Source: Takakia lepidozioides (Eukaryota > Plantae > Bryophyta). Taken from it: a DNA stretch of 64,000 nucleotides. Of this stretch, positions 48,229 to 61,303 are shown piece after piece. The notes below the pieces were generated by a model. That model made no database searches. It saw only the letters and a list, made by a program, of their open reading frames with translations, and had not been told where the DNA came from. The stretch is taken from assembly GCA_030704615.1 (NCBI GenBank), contig CM060733.1:24180001-24244000 (forward strand), read 5' to 3'. The stretch's first letter is position 1, and every line of letters begins with the position of its first letter. A program made the position numbers and the translations under genes.

Positions 48229-50608
48229 ATGGAGACAGCAGCGATGGAGACAAGCGGAGACGGGACCGGAAGCAAAGGAAGGCTAAAGAGAAAGAAAGGA
48301 AGACACATCATCGACACAAGTCTGATAAAGCGAGATCCTCAAAAGAGGAGAGAAGGAAATCAAAAGATGAAAAGAAGCTGAAACGAAAGAGAAAACATGT
48401 GGGTGATGATGACACAGACACCAACAGCAGTGAGGAGAGAAAGAAGCGGAGATTGTTGAAGGAGGCCAAGAAATTGCTGAAAAGTATGTACGCTTGTTAC
48501 ATTGCTTTTGTGATTTGGTGTCAAGTTTCTAATTAGAAAACAACAACAACAATGTTGTTGAGAGCAAGGGCCCTGTAATTGGCCACTTCCTTCACATAAA
48601 TTGCTACTTGCAGAGGGAATAGTTTTGGGTCTGTGTACTTCAGGAATATATTCTTGTGGTAGGCACCACTTGGGAATGGCACAAGGGACTGTAGTTGGTT
48701 GACAGCTTATTGTAACATGATGAACAGAGCACAGAGCAGAGGCAGAAGCTGGTCCAAACAAGCCCACAACCTCCTTGTCAGAGGTCTACCACTCACTCCT
48801 CATAAATGTGCAGTTTATTGTGGTATGAGCTTCATGCAGGTCATGTGGATATTGTGATTTTTTCATCTGCAGGGATTCACATGGTAAGACTAAGCCCCTT
48901 AGACTGCTAGTTACTTGGCCAAGGGAGTATCTAACCAGGCCGACCTTCCTTAAGCACATGCTAATTATCAGAGCCAGACAGTTCTTCATATTTGTAACTT
49001 GATGTTGATACTCATATCATAGTTTCCACGGGGCATGTTTTGAACTTGGGTATGAGGTATTCAAAACCGGGAATTTGGCAGCCATGTCTGATTTCTGTCT
49101 TCGTACAACATGATAGCCACAGTTTAGAGACATGCAATCGATTATGAATAAATTTGTCTGTGCACTTTGGCGTATTTGTGATTGTCTGCTTAAGTTCTTT
49201 CTTTTGATTGTGGACCACACTGAAGATGGACAAGATATCTGAAGAACATTATTACGAGAAAAGCAATGAATTTGCAACGTGGCTCAAGGAATCCAAAGGC
49301 ATTTTTTTCTCCAACCTGTCTTCCGAAGAAACACACAAATTGTTCACCAAATTTGTAGACATGTGGAATGCCGGCGAACTCAGTCCCAAGTACTACCAAG
49401 GCATTAAAACTGCCCAACGCACGACCCATCAATGGGGCATCAAGATGAATCGTGCTGAGACCCTTGCTCTTGGTAAATCTTTTCTTTCTCAGGAGTCACC
49501 CACTTTCCAGGGTCCGTCTTTTGATCAGTTTTATGTACTGGTTGGCCCTTGATAGTGGGAGCTTTCAAGCAGCAATTAGCCCACTCATGGGATTATTCCT
49601 GCATATTCTATTTTATCCCTTCGCTTTCTACCAATGTGTGAGACCATGGTCTTCGATCAAAAAACATGAAATTTCTGAATGAGACCCTTCGGTTTGCTTA
49701 ACTTTCTGGGATTGAGCTGTGGTGCCTGTTGTTCATTTATTGGAAAGATGAGATCTTTGGATGGCTGTCTTTGCCCCACTGTAGTACCTTCACTGATCAA
49801 ATGCGGTGCTATGCAGGTATGGATGAAGAGGATAAGATTCTGGAGAAGAAGAGAGAGAAGTTAGAAAGGAAGAAGTACCATAAACAGCAAGGTGTGGTGA
49901 TGGATGAGTTACTTCCCAAGGCTACTGGCCGTGAGGCTGTATTAGAGAAGAAAGCTCTTCGACGGGAGCAGGCTCGTGCTCGTGAGGACAGTCCAGAAAT
50001 TATGAAGGAGCGAGATGTCATGGGTGGGGGGGATGACTTCCAGCAAAGGTTTGACTAGCATGCAGCTTGTTTAATAATTTTATTGGTCGGTACGGCTTGT
50101 TGGAAGATGAGCCATGTTTGGGTGGTCACAAAATGTAGTCTACTCCAGCCTCTACTAGTGTTTATAGCTTAGCTTCCTTGATCTCTGAACCTTATCACAC
50201 ACTTGGTTGTGGATATGGAGTCCACATTGGATGTGTGTAGCCGGTTGTCAGTTGTCCTTTAATATGAGAGACACCTCATGGAACCTCATGGATAGAGGAG
50301 AACCACATAGGAGAGGGGATGATTGATGCGTAACCTGGTGATTTTCCGGAAAGAGATAACCATCTTTTTAGTTGTTGCTCATCGAACATTGTTTTACCAG
50401 TCACAGTTCAACAACATGTGCTTGCAGGCTAGCAAGAGAACGAGCTTGGAGAGAGAGGAAAGCTGCGGAGAAGGCCAATGTTTATATGGAGAAGCGCTCT
50501 GTGTATGAAGAGAAGGAGATGGCTGCCATGAACCAGTTCAAAGCTCTGGTAAATGTTGCTGGTGGAAAGATCAGTATTCCTAAACGACTCGACCCTCCAG
50601 TCCCATGA
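48229..50608 (+). CDS. SCI1: Style cell-cycle inhibitor 1-like protein; exons 48229-48483, 48728-48783, 49226-49472, 49817-50048, 50428-50608; first exon not identified
   Basis: Lys/Arg-rich N-terminus; YYEKSNEFATWLKE.K..FF..LSSE....LF..FV..WN...L...YY.GI domain; splice phases are consistent; C-terminal extension DELLPKATGREA.LEKK. Confidence 0.8.
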
Positions 50609-53600
50609 ATCAGCCAGAAAAATTTGTTTACCCTCTGGGTATTCCCTGGCATTCTTTTTCATGTTTGAGTCAGAAAGTATGAAGGCTATATGAACTGTTT
50701 CCCGTACTGAATTTTCTCATAATGTCCTCAGTTGTGCATCATTTGTCATTACAATTATTCTGAGTGAGTGTCAGCTAGAAGCTAACTTCAAGCAGTATGG
50801 GCAGCTCGTGAAACTTCAAGAACCAAGCAGCATGACAAGCTTAACAGCCATTGAAGTTATCTAGGATCACCCATTGCATCCATATCTTCCAGATCAGTGA
50901 ATGTCAAGGCTTGCGGAGATCCGTTCCATCTATTGCCTCTACAGAATGGATCATTTCAGCCATCACAATGCAACAAATTCTCTGGTCGATTCTGCAGTGG
51001 TTTTGTGGGTCACAGTGCAGTGCCAGTCCTATTTAGACTTCCCAGGAAATCATTGCAGAATGATCATTGGCCACTGTACTGGTCCACCTACTGACTGTTG
51101 CACTCCAAATTTGGCCAGATGGTCCCGGTCCAACATAAATGTATCTGGGGTAAAATGTCAATGATCAGTTAAGCATTTGCTTGAGAAAATGTTGCTTGTG
51201 TTCTCTTGGCGAAGGACGTTTCATCTGACACTGCTAAACATGAGTTTGATGGACTCCAATGTATTTTGGTGAACATCAAGCCTTAGGCCCAGTTGCTCAA
51301 AAGCATGCTTCCCGATCCTCTCTTCCTGATCCTCTCTTCTTCCTCTCTTCTGAGGGCTGTAAGGTTGAATTATGCAGTCCAGTTTCTCAAAATCATGCCT
51401 GCACCACAGAAGGGACGTCTTTTCCTGATCTCATTTGCTTCAATTCCCTGTTTCTCATACTAACGACGAAAGAGCATGTACTCGATCCCTTAATAGTAGT
51501 ACTGAGATGTCATGAATGGGTGCGGAGTGCACAATGTGAAGATGCAATCTCCACATCTTGGGCCAGTGTTAGATTATACAATGTAGTCAACCATCCATGG
51601 AGACCAGCAGAGACAGGACCACAAGCGAAAGGAAGGATGATCACAAGACCAGAGAGACCTTGAAAGAGGAGACAAGGACATGAAGGATAACAATAGGTCA
51701 TCCATTGTCTGTCCGGAAGATCAATTTTGGACGCCCTCCAGATTCATTGACAATTTTGTTTTCTGGATGATGTGTGAGAAAAACTAGTAAAAGTACAAAA
51801 TTCTCCCCTTCCCTTGGGCAGTGTCCCTTGAGCCTTGTGCTGGGTGCCTCATGGTGAGGTTACTATGAAAGACGGTGTTTTCTCCTCTCACTATAATTAA
51901 GGGGCCTGATTTGTGAGTGATCACTCCCAGGTATATTACCCTTTCTCAAAAAGAAGGAAGAAGCAAGATTCTTGCCCAAGCAAGTGTAACTTATGGTGTC
52001 ATTACACCCTTGAAGGGCCAAAGTCGAAACAATATAAGAAATTAGCTACAACCCCACTCACTATTGTGCTTTAATGGAGAGGAAGCGAGACTCTCCACCA
52101 CGCACAAATCGAACCGAACGGGAAGGAATGTATCTCTAGGATGATGATTGTAGTATTTTCATTTGCAGCTATCAAAACAAGAAAATTTCTCTATAAGGAC
52201 GCTGATGAGATAAAATATCCAATTGGATAACTTAGAGTCTGTGATGACCACACCTTCACAAACCACACCTACTAGGTACGCACGGAAATCATGTCAGGGG
52301 CACTAAAATGAAACGTCTTTTTTTTCTTTCTGTCTTTTCAAATTCCCTGCTAGTGACGACTCGCTCGTTCGAAATCACTCAATAAACTAAGTTATAGTAG
52401 GCTTGTGAAGCCTTAAAAGAAGCAGGACGAATATCTGCCTATCCTCACAAGTGCTCTTCAAAACAACGGGGGGAGAACAAGAGGAGTGTGCATGCACGCG
52501 AGAGGAGGATCTCAACGAGAGAACTGACAGAAAATCATACACACGTATCGCATTCAGACAGCTTTCCACATCTACATACACCGGAGTACATCAGCTGCTT
52601 GACACAAGGTCAGGCCGCCACTTTGTACAAACCCTAGCTGCATGCTTTCCTGACGCGTGGCGAGGCGTGTCAAGCTGAGCCCGCAGCGCCACATCAAAAC
52701 CCTAGATCTATTGAACGGCCACAATGCAGCCACCAGCCATAACTAACCCTGGCTATGATATCTTTGTAACGGTTCAACGGTATTTTAAGCCAAAAATTTA
52801 TACTACGAATGAGTATCGTCATTTTGGATGAATAAGGTAAATCTGTGATGAGGAAAGTTTGGGGCATCACATCTGTGAAGCCTACCCCCCACGAAGAATC
52901 CTGAGCTCCGCAAAGCACAATATAAGAAATAATAAGTAAATGTTTGGGATAAAATCACCCTCCACTGTTGGGTGAAAAAACCTACCAAAGGAAAACATGG
53001 CACCTGCAAATTAGGCCGAGGACAAAACCTTTGGCTAGGAAAACCGTGCAGGGAGTACACGTGATGACATATTATAGGTCTACAAATGCATCAAGAGTTA
53101 GAACGAAAGGCCAGAAAGGCCGAAAAAACCATAAAGTGCCAAATCCGCAAGCTACACTAAGCCGCCAAAGAAGCCAATCTGAAGAAGATCAAGACATCAT
53201 CCCACCGTACGTCCCTCCACATTGATGCACGTAAGATCAAAGACCAGCTTGGAATGCACCAGATCCGTGAGAGAAACATGTCCATCACGCGCATGGACAT
53301 TGAACCCCTGTGGAAGAAGGAGAGCACGTCGCCCACGTAAAAGCTCATAGATCAAGTATGGACCGTCGATCTTAAGCTTAGATTTGTAAGCATGCTTACC
53401 ATGCTGCAACCGAATGCACACGGTCTGTCCCATTTTAAAAAGGTTAGAATACTTGACACGCTTGTTAAAATTACGGGTTTGGGTGAGTTGAGCCTTACCA
53501 ATGTTCGTCTTGGCATCATGGATGGACACCACATGCCAAGCATGAAGATCCTCAACAAAGATCTCAAGATCAACTGGCTCAGCTACAGTAGAGATATAAG

Positions 53601-56419
53601 GGGTAGAATGCAAAGGAGAAACACACTTGCGACCATACAACAACTCAAAAGGAGTCTTCTTAGTGCTAGCATGCACGGCGGTGCGATAAGCAAAGAGAAT
53701 ATGGGGAAGAAAGGTATCCCACTCCCTGGTAAGTGCGCCATTCTTCTCCAACATGCGACAAAGAGTTTGGTTGAAGCGTTCCGTAAGGCCATTGGTCTGG
53801 GGATGGTATGGGGCTGTGGTGGAATGCTTGACACCAAAGTTGAAGCACACCACCGTGAGGAGCTGGTTACAAAACTCCTTGCCCTGATCCGTTAGTATCT
53901 CCCGAGGACACCCATGCCGCATAAGGATCTCATTGAAGAAGAACTGAGCTACAGCATCACTAGTCTTGGTACGCAAAGGTCTGACTTCTACCCACTTAGT
54001 CAAGTAGCCGGTAGCTACACAAAGATAGCTTCGACCCTTTGATGTGAGTGCGAGGGTTCCTACCAAATCAATGCAACACGAGCAAAAGCATGTATAACAG
54101 GCAAAGGCCGTAGCTCATACAAGATCCGGGCCCTAGGGAGAGCAATGTTAGCACGACAACCTTCACACTTAGAGATGAACTCCGTGACATCCCAGTGAAT
54201 TCCCAACCAATAGTAAACCTCTTGGATGCGGGCCACGGTCTTCTTGATACCAAGGTGACCTGCATACAAGGAACAATGAAAATGCTCCAATAAAGCATTC
54301 AGCTGGCTCCGTGGTGGCACCTCCAAATAGCATGGCACTCCCCCTCTAGTGAGCTCTTTAAAAAGCTTATCACCCATGAAGCGGTGAGTAGACACATGAT
54401 AAAGAATTTGCTTGCGCAAGGACTCGGAAAGGCCAGCTGGCGAACGCCCTGATTGGCATCGCTGGAGTAGCGCAGCATGTAGCTGATCATCCATGACAAC
54501 ACTGCACATAAGAGGTAGACAATGGGCTTTAGAGAAGGTGGTCTGGAGTGTCTGCACCTATGATCTCCAGCCAAGGATACCTTCACCTCATTTGTTACTA
54601 CTCATGGACAGCCAAATCAGGCCTTGAAGTTCAAGCCAATAGTCACACCGGAGACCCTAAGCGATAAAATCCACCACACATACTAACACATGAATAAATC
54701 AACCAGGATCATCAAGAAGGCTAGACCAGCCCCAAGCAGCCAAGATGCCATCCGAATCCAAGGTCAAGGGGTGCTGATCTGCACAAAGGAGGTTGAGAAG
54801 TGGAGCTGGAACAGGAGGAGGGGCTGCATCAGCAGCAGCAAGGTCATCCAAGGTGAGCATAGGCCTGCTGACAGGAGGATCAACCCGTGTGAGTGCATCA
54901 ACATTAGTGTTTTCCTTTCCTTTCTTATAGACGATATCCATGTTAAATTCTTGTAGGAACATAGCCCATCTAGCAAGTCTGCCATGAAGTTCCCTGGGCT
55001 TGACAAGAGCCTTGAGTGGAAGGTGATCAGTCTCTACTACCGGCTGCCATGTAAATATTGCCTAAAATGCTTTACACCGAAGACTAGGGCCAGACCTTCC
55101 TTATCAGATATGGAATAATCCATTTCATGACGATCTAGGCGGCGAGATGCATAAGCTATCACATGCTCCTTACCTTCTACAACTTGACATAAGATTGCAG
55201 AAATAACAACATCGGATGCATCAGTCTGAAGCAGAAAAGGTAATTCAAAGTCGAGAAACATCAGGATGGGAGCTGAACATAAGGACTTGCGAAGAGTGTC
55301 AAAGGCTATTTGCTGGGAGAAGCTCCATTCAAACCTGGCATCCTTGCACAATACCTTGGTCAGAGCAAAGTTCAAAGTTCAAAGTTCAAAGTTCTTTATG
55401 AAGCGCTTGTAATAGGAGGCCAGACCAAAGAAAGATTTGATGCAGTGTTTGTCCCTGGGAATAAGAAAGCCCCAAACAGACTCAAGCTTGGCAGGATCAG
55501 GAAGCAAACCATCCTTGGACAGAATATGCCCAAGAAAGTGTAACTCAGGCATAAACAGCTCACACTTTTTGGGTTTAACCTTGAAACCTGCAGTTCGTTT
55601 TTTGTTGAAAACACGCTGCAGATCAGTCAAGTGTGCATCAAAGCTGGCTGAGTATACATGGATATCATCAACATAAATCAAGGCACATACCCAGCGAAGA
55701 TTTCCTAAGACAATGTCCATGAGGCGTTGGAAAGTAGAGGTAGCATTGCACAAGCCAAAAGACATGGTTTCGTACTGGTACTTGCCCATGCGACACACAA
55801 ATGAAGTTTTTCCCTTGGCTGCTTCAGTGAGAGGAACTTGCCAAAAACCAGATGCAAGATCAAGAGAGGAGAAAACGGTAGCACCATGCAGTTGATCTAA
55901 GGTTTCATTGATCCTGGGTAGAGGGTAGGCATCCTTCTTTGTGATGTCATTCAATTTCCTGAAGTCAACACAAAAGCGAGTAGTGCCATCTTTCTTACCA
56001 ACCAGGACAATGGGACTGGCCCAAGGAGAGATTGATGGCTTAATTACACCAACATCTAGCATCTTCTGGACTTCTTCCTAGACTATGGCACGTTCTTAAT
56101 ACTTTCTCGGTATGCAAATTGTTTAATAGGAGGTCCCTTAGTGACAATGTCATGTTGAAGGATGAGAGTACGCCCCAGACCAGTAGATCCCAAGCTGAAA
56201 ATATCGAGATTTTTTGCAACAAGCATTTCTACTTTTTTCTTTTGGCCAGATGAGAGGTACTTCCTAATGTAAGTTCAGACAACACTTTGGTAAGAGCCTT
56301 CTTACCTTCAGGACTGAGATCAGGGAGAGGTGGTGGTGCTAGAGCAGCAAAGGCAACAACAGCATCCACAGGGCCGTGTTGAATGCCAATGGCCTTCAGC
56401 CCAAAGCCAACTTGCTCTT

Positions 56420-56705
56420 CTTGGATTTCAGCAATGGGCAGGGCAGTGATACGAGCCAGGACCTGCCCTTTCTTAATGGTCACAGGAAAGCGCTCCGGAT
56501 TAGCAATTAACACTTTGACCTCCTGCCTATATCCTCTATCTATAACCCCAGTAGCCACCAAGCAATGCTTGAGATCAGTGAGTCTCTGCCAACCTTCTAC
56601 TTCCAGGAAATGAGCAATTGGGCATAAAAAAGGCCAGAGCAGACTTGATCACTTTCTGGGTCATAGCAGGGATGGTGACGTTCATGGGTGCACGAATCAG
56701 AGTAG
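56420..56705 (-). pseudogene. dUTPase-like domain between protease and RT of E4
   Basis: IRAPMNVTIPAMTQKVIKSALAFFMP...VATGVIDRGYRQEVKVLIAN....VTIKKGQVLARI fits trimeric dUTPase motifs I, III and IV; motif II (RSG) not seen; frameshift near 56600. Confidence 0.75.
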
Positions 56706-57025
56706 AATTTTTCGGGACAGCTATAGGCATCCCTGTTCTACCATTAGCACTAGGAACATGCCATTGATATAAGAGTTGCAGATCAGGTTGAAGTTTGTAA
56801 AAATCATTCCAATTGAGGCTGGAGTGAGAGTTCTGTTGCACCTCTTTCACCATTGCCTGAACTCTGGATAGATTGGTTGTGGCAGATCCAGCTCTAAGTT
56901 TCACAGCCTTTAATGGAACAACGACCTCATGGCCCTCTCCATTGTTAAATCGGAGGGAGTAATCGGCCAGACTGATGGTTGCACCAGCTTCAGTCATCCA
57001 ATCAAGGCCTAGCAAGAATTGATCG

Positions 57026-60000
57026 TGTCGTGGCCCTTTGCCTTGAGGGCAGGGGGTCGGGACGCAGAGGGGCTGCCCCTGTGGTGGGGGCGGTGGCAAC
57101 AATAGGTACGGGGGGTTGAAGCACCCTTGAGTGCCCAAGGCACTCAAGGAGGCGGAGGCGCTCACTAGGTGGAGCCCCGCACACCGGGTTGCGGTGGGGG
57201 TGGCTCCACAAGGGGTGCAGGTAGCTTAGTGGGACTTAGTGGGGGTGGCATAGGACTCACTATGGGGCGGAGACCTTGTGGTGGGAGTCGTGGGGAGTCT
57301 TGGGACTCACCACGGTCCAATGAGGCCGTGGTGGATGGGCCAAGACTCACCGCGACTCATCACCGGGAATCGAGGGTCCTCGTGGTGATTCGCCATAAAA
57401 TGACATGGTTGTTTGTGAAACCCCCGCGGATAGTCACAGAAGTATATATAGGGAGTAGTAACCCCGAGAACAGTGCAAGCCTGTTGGTGACCAAAAACTA
57501 GTGAGTAAGCGTGCGAGCCGGAAAGCGACCAAGGAGTGGGGAGCTATTCCGGACTGCCATCTACCAAAGGGAATTTCCACTAGGCCCAAATTGGTGGAGG
57601 GTCTGTTGGGGGAGAAAAAGGGGACCGTTATGTCCCGGTGAGCAGCCGAAGCTCCGAGTTGGCCCGGCGGCCAGGTTGGGAGTTAGGCACGCGCATCAAA
57701 GCGAGTAACTATGACTTGAAGGGGAGCTTACCGAAGTGAGGTGCGCGACACTTGGTATCAGAGCTTAGAGTTCAGTACGCGATCGTCCTTGGGATCGACC
57801 TCATCATGGGGTTGGGCAAGCCAAAGCGAAAGCGGAACGGCCCGAAAGATGATGATCCTGGTGAGCCCGATGGGTGTGACGTGTCACCGAAGCGGCCGTT
57901 TGAGGAAGCGATGCATGCTTTTGAAAACAAGGCCGCTCAAGAACAGGAGGAATCTGAGGAGTCAGAGCCCGAGGAATTCCAGAGAGCTCCGACAGACCAA
58001 CAGATGCCTCCCATGCCAGCAGCCTTTTGGGAAGGGTTGTTGGCGCAGTTTGGCGGGACGTTGAAAGACGTGTTGAGGCGGCTAATGCCACTTCCACTAA
58101 GGCAAAGTTTAAGGTGAAGCCTAAGGAACCCGGCACCTTCGAGAGCATCCGAAATCGGAAGGCACTCAACACCTGGCTCTTGGAGCTAGAGCAGTACTTC
58201 CGGGCGGCCAAGTTGAGTGACGATGATCGGGTGGAAGTGACTCCTACCTATTTGAGGGGCTATGCTCAACAATGGTGGCAGAAACACCTTCATGACCGAG
58301 GTCCAAACTCGGAAACCTTGAACTGGAGTGGGTTCAAGGAACTGATGAAGAGACAATTTGTGCCTCTCAACGCGTCCTGGCTCGCCCGGGACAATATGAG
58401 GAATCTGAAGCAAACGAATGACATTTGTGGATATGTTCAGGCTTTCAATGTGCTGTTGCCGAAGTTGCGGACATGGCAGAACCAGAAATGGTCTTCAATT
58501 TTGTGGCGGGATTGGCCCCATGGGCCAGACGGAAGTTGGAGGAGAAGCCACCTAAGACTTTGAACGAGGCAATTGAGAGGGCTGAATGTTTCTCGGATGT
58601 CCCTAGGGGCGAAAGACAAGGCCGTACGGAGCTGAACCACAAGAAGACCCGGCGGGAGGGTGACTCCTTTCGACCGGAAAAGAAGTGGGATAGGCCACGC
58701 GGCGACAATGGCACGTGGAAATCGAAGGGAGGGCCTTCACACGCCAAGACGACACCCGGTGTTCCAAAAGGAAAATCAGGTGCGACGGCTTATGGCGAAC
58801 AAAAGGCGACCTTCGATGGAGTGTGCTTTAATTGCGGGGAGCCCGGACACATGGCTAAGAAGTGTGCAAATCCCCGACAATTGAACATGACTCGGGCGAC
58901 CACAGAGCTGTCGGAAGATTCTATCAGCCGCTTGGTGGAAGCGGTGGTCGCCAAGACTTGCAAGGTAGGCAACTACTCTTGTGAGTTGTATCAAGAAATT
59001 GACGCCCTGCGTAAAGGGAGTCAGTTATTGTTCGTGAGTGGGATAATTTCCGGAACTAACGTGTCGTTGTTGGTGGACACATGAGCATCGCACTCCTTCA
59101 TGACACCGGCAACGGCACGGAAGCTAGGACTCCCGACAAGTGATGTGGGGGCATGTATTGAGGTGCGTTCTGCTAAAAGAGAACCACAATTGGCGACGAG
59201 GTTGGCGTTCGATGTCCCTCTTCAACTCGGGAATTGGGAGGGACGTGAGAACTTCACCATTTGCGAGATCGATGGAGTGGATCTCATTTTGTGGATGACA
59301 TTTTTGAGCAAATCCGGAGCGGTTATAGATGGCCGCAAGAGAATAGTCACGCTACCGTGTGGGAATGGTGGCGAAGTTTTAAAAGTGTCGAAAACGCCCA
59401 ACCCAGTGGGAGGGCAAATAAACCTGTTGTCAGCAAAGGAGTGGGCCGTGGAGGGGTCACACGAGCCCCAGTTTTTGCTTTATGTAAGACAAGTGAAGGG
59501 AGAAGGCGATGGGGAGCCGAGCCCCGATTGGATCAAGGGGATTTTGGAGAAATACCAGGATGTGATGCCGGAGGATTTACCAAGCGGCTTGCCATCGCAA
59601 AGGGGAGTTGACCACAAGATTGAGGTGATACCGGGATCGGAGGCGCCTGCCAAGGCGCCCTACCGGTTGAGCCACAGAGAGTTGGTCGAGCTGAAGACTC
59701 AGCTCAAGGATCTAATATCAAAGGGGTACATCCGGCCGAGTAAGTCACCTTACGGAGCCCCGGTGCTATTCGTAGACAAGAAGGATGGGACACTACGGAT
59801 GTGTGTCGACTACATGGCTCTAAATAAGGTGACTATCAAGAACCGGTACCCTTTGCCAAGAATCGACGACCTCTTCGATCGGTTGGCAGGAGCGAAGTAT
59901 TTCAGCCGGATCAATTTGCGCTCCGGTTACCATCAAATCTGAGTGGCGGTAGGAGATGAGGAGAAAACCGCGTGCAGGACAAGATATGGTTCGTATGAGT

Positions 60001-61303
60001 TCTTGGTGATGCCTTTTGGACTCACCAACGCACCCGCGACCTTTAGCACGTTAATGAACAGCCTTTTCCAGGAATGGCTGGATGACTTTGTGATCGTGTA
60101 CATCGACGACACCTTGGTGTACTCGAAAACAAAGAAAGAGCACCTAGAGCATCTCAAAAGGGTGTTCCAGAAATTGCAGGAAGGGAAGTTGTATGCCAAA
60201 GCTTCAAAGTGCGAATTCGGGGTCACAAAAGTGGAGTTCCTGGGGCATGTGATTACACAGGATGGGATCAAAATGGATGACAGAAAGGTGAGGGCGATCT
60301 TGGACTGGGAGCCTCCGACTTCGGTCCCGGGAGTGCGATCCTTCCTAGGACTCGCTTCCTATTATCGGAAGTATATGAGAAATTTTGCCAAGATCGCGGG
60401 GCCGCTGTCAGACCTTCTGTGTAAATCCAAAGTTTGGGTATGGAACACCTTTTGTGGTCAAGCTTTTGCCGAGTTGAAGCAGCGGATGGTGGAAGCTCCA
60501 GTCCTCAAAATCCCGGAGTTCGACCATCCATTTGAGATTCATACAGATGCGTCGGACTTCGCTATAGGGGGTGTACTCATGCAGGATGGACGTCCAGTGG
60601 CTTACGAAAGTAAGAAACTGAATGAAGTAGAACGACGATGGGGGCGGTGGCAGCAATAGGTACGGGGGGCTGAAGCACCCTTGAGTGCCCAAGGCACTCA
60701 AGGAGGCGGAGGCGCTCACTAGGTGGAGCCCCGTACACCGGGTTACGGTGGGGGTGGCTCCACAAGCGGTGCAGGTAGCTTAGTGGGACTTAGTGGGGGT
60801 GGCATAGGACTCACCATGGGGCGGAGACCTTGTGGTGGGAGTCGTGGGGAGTCTTGGGACTCACCACGGTCCAATGAGGCCGTGGTGGATGGGCCAAGAC
60901 TCACCGCGACTCATCACCGGGAATCGAGGGTCTTCGTGGTGTTCGCCATAAAATGGCATGGGTGTTTGTGAAACCCCCGCGGATAGTCACAGAAGTATAT
61001 ATAGGGAGTAGTAACCCCGAGAACGGTGCAAGCCCGTTGGTAACCAAAAACTAGTGAGTAAGCGTGCGAGCCGGAAAGCGACCAAGGAGTGGGGAGCTAT
61101 TCCGGACTGCCATCTACCAAAGGGAATTTCCACTAGGCCCAAATTGGTGGAGGGTCTATTGGGGGAGAAAAAGGGGACCGTTATGTCCCGATGAGCAGCC
61201 GAAGCTCCGAGTTGGCCCGGCGGCCAGGTTGGGAGTTAGGCGCGCGCATCAAAGCGAGTAACTATGACTTGAAGGGGAGCTTACCGAAGTGAGGTGCGCG
61301 ACA
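57026..61303 (+). mobile_element. Ty3/gypsy element E5 (chromovirus-like RT) nested in the E4 protease; internal deletion removes integrase, PPT and the first 59 bp of the 3' LTR
   Basis: TSD GATCG (57021-57025, 61304-61308); 5' LTR 57026-57750 TG...CA; CT then PBS TGGTATCAGAGC 57753-57764; gag, CFNCGEPGHMAKKC, LVDT*A, RT YIDD, RNase H HTDASD; 3' LTR remnant 60639-61303. Confidence 0.96.

Noticed and set aside
48175-48381. ATG at 48229 as the SCI1-like start (METAAMET...)
   Set aside because: That frame stops at 48381; the Lys-rich frame that splices to the SCI1 domain needs an upstream phase-1 exon.
55367-55392. TTCAAAG triplication as a programmed frameshift between RT and RNase H
   Set aside because: A local tandem duplication in a copy with many other disablements; not a position where recoding is expected.
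56575-57165. 196-aa ORF with a Pro-rich N-terminus (related ORF 60408-60719)
   Set aside because: Chimeric frame reading from antisense E5 LTR into E4 protease across the insertion site.
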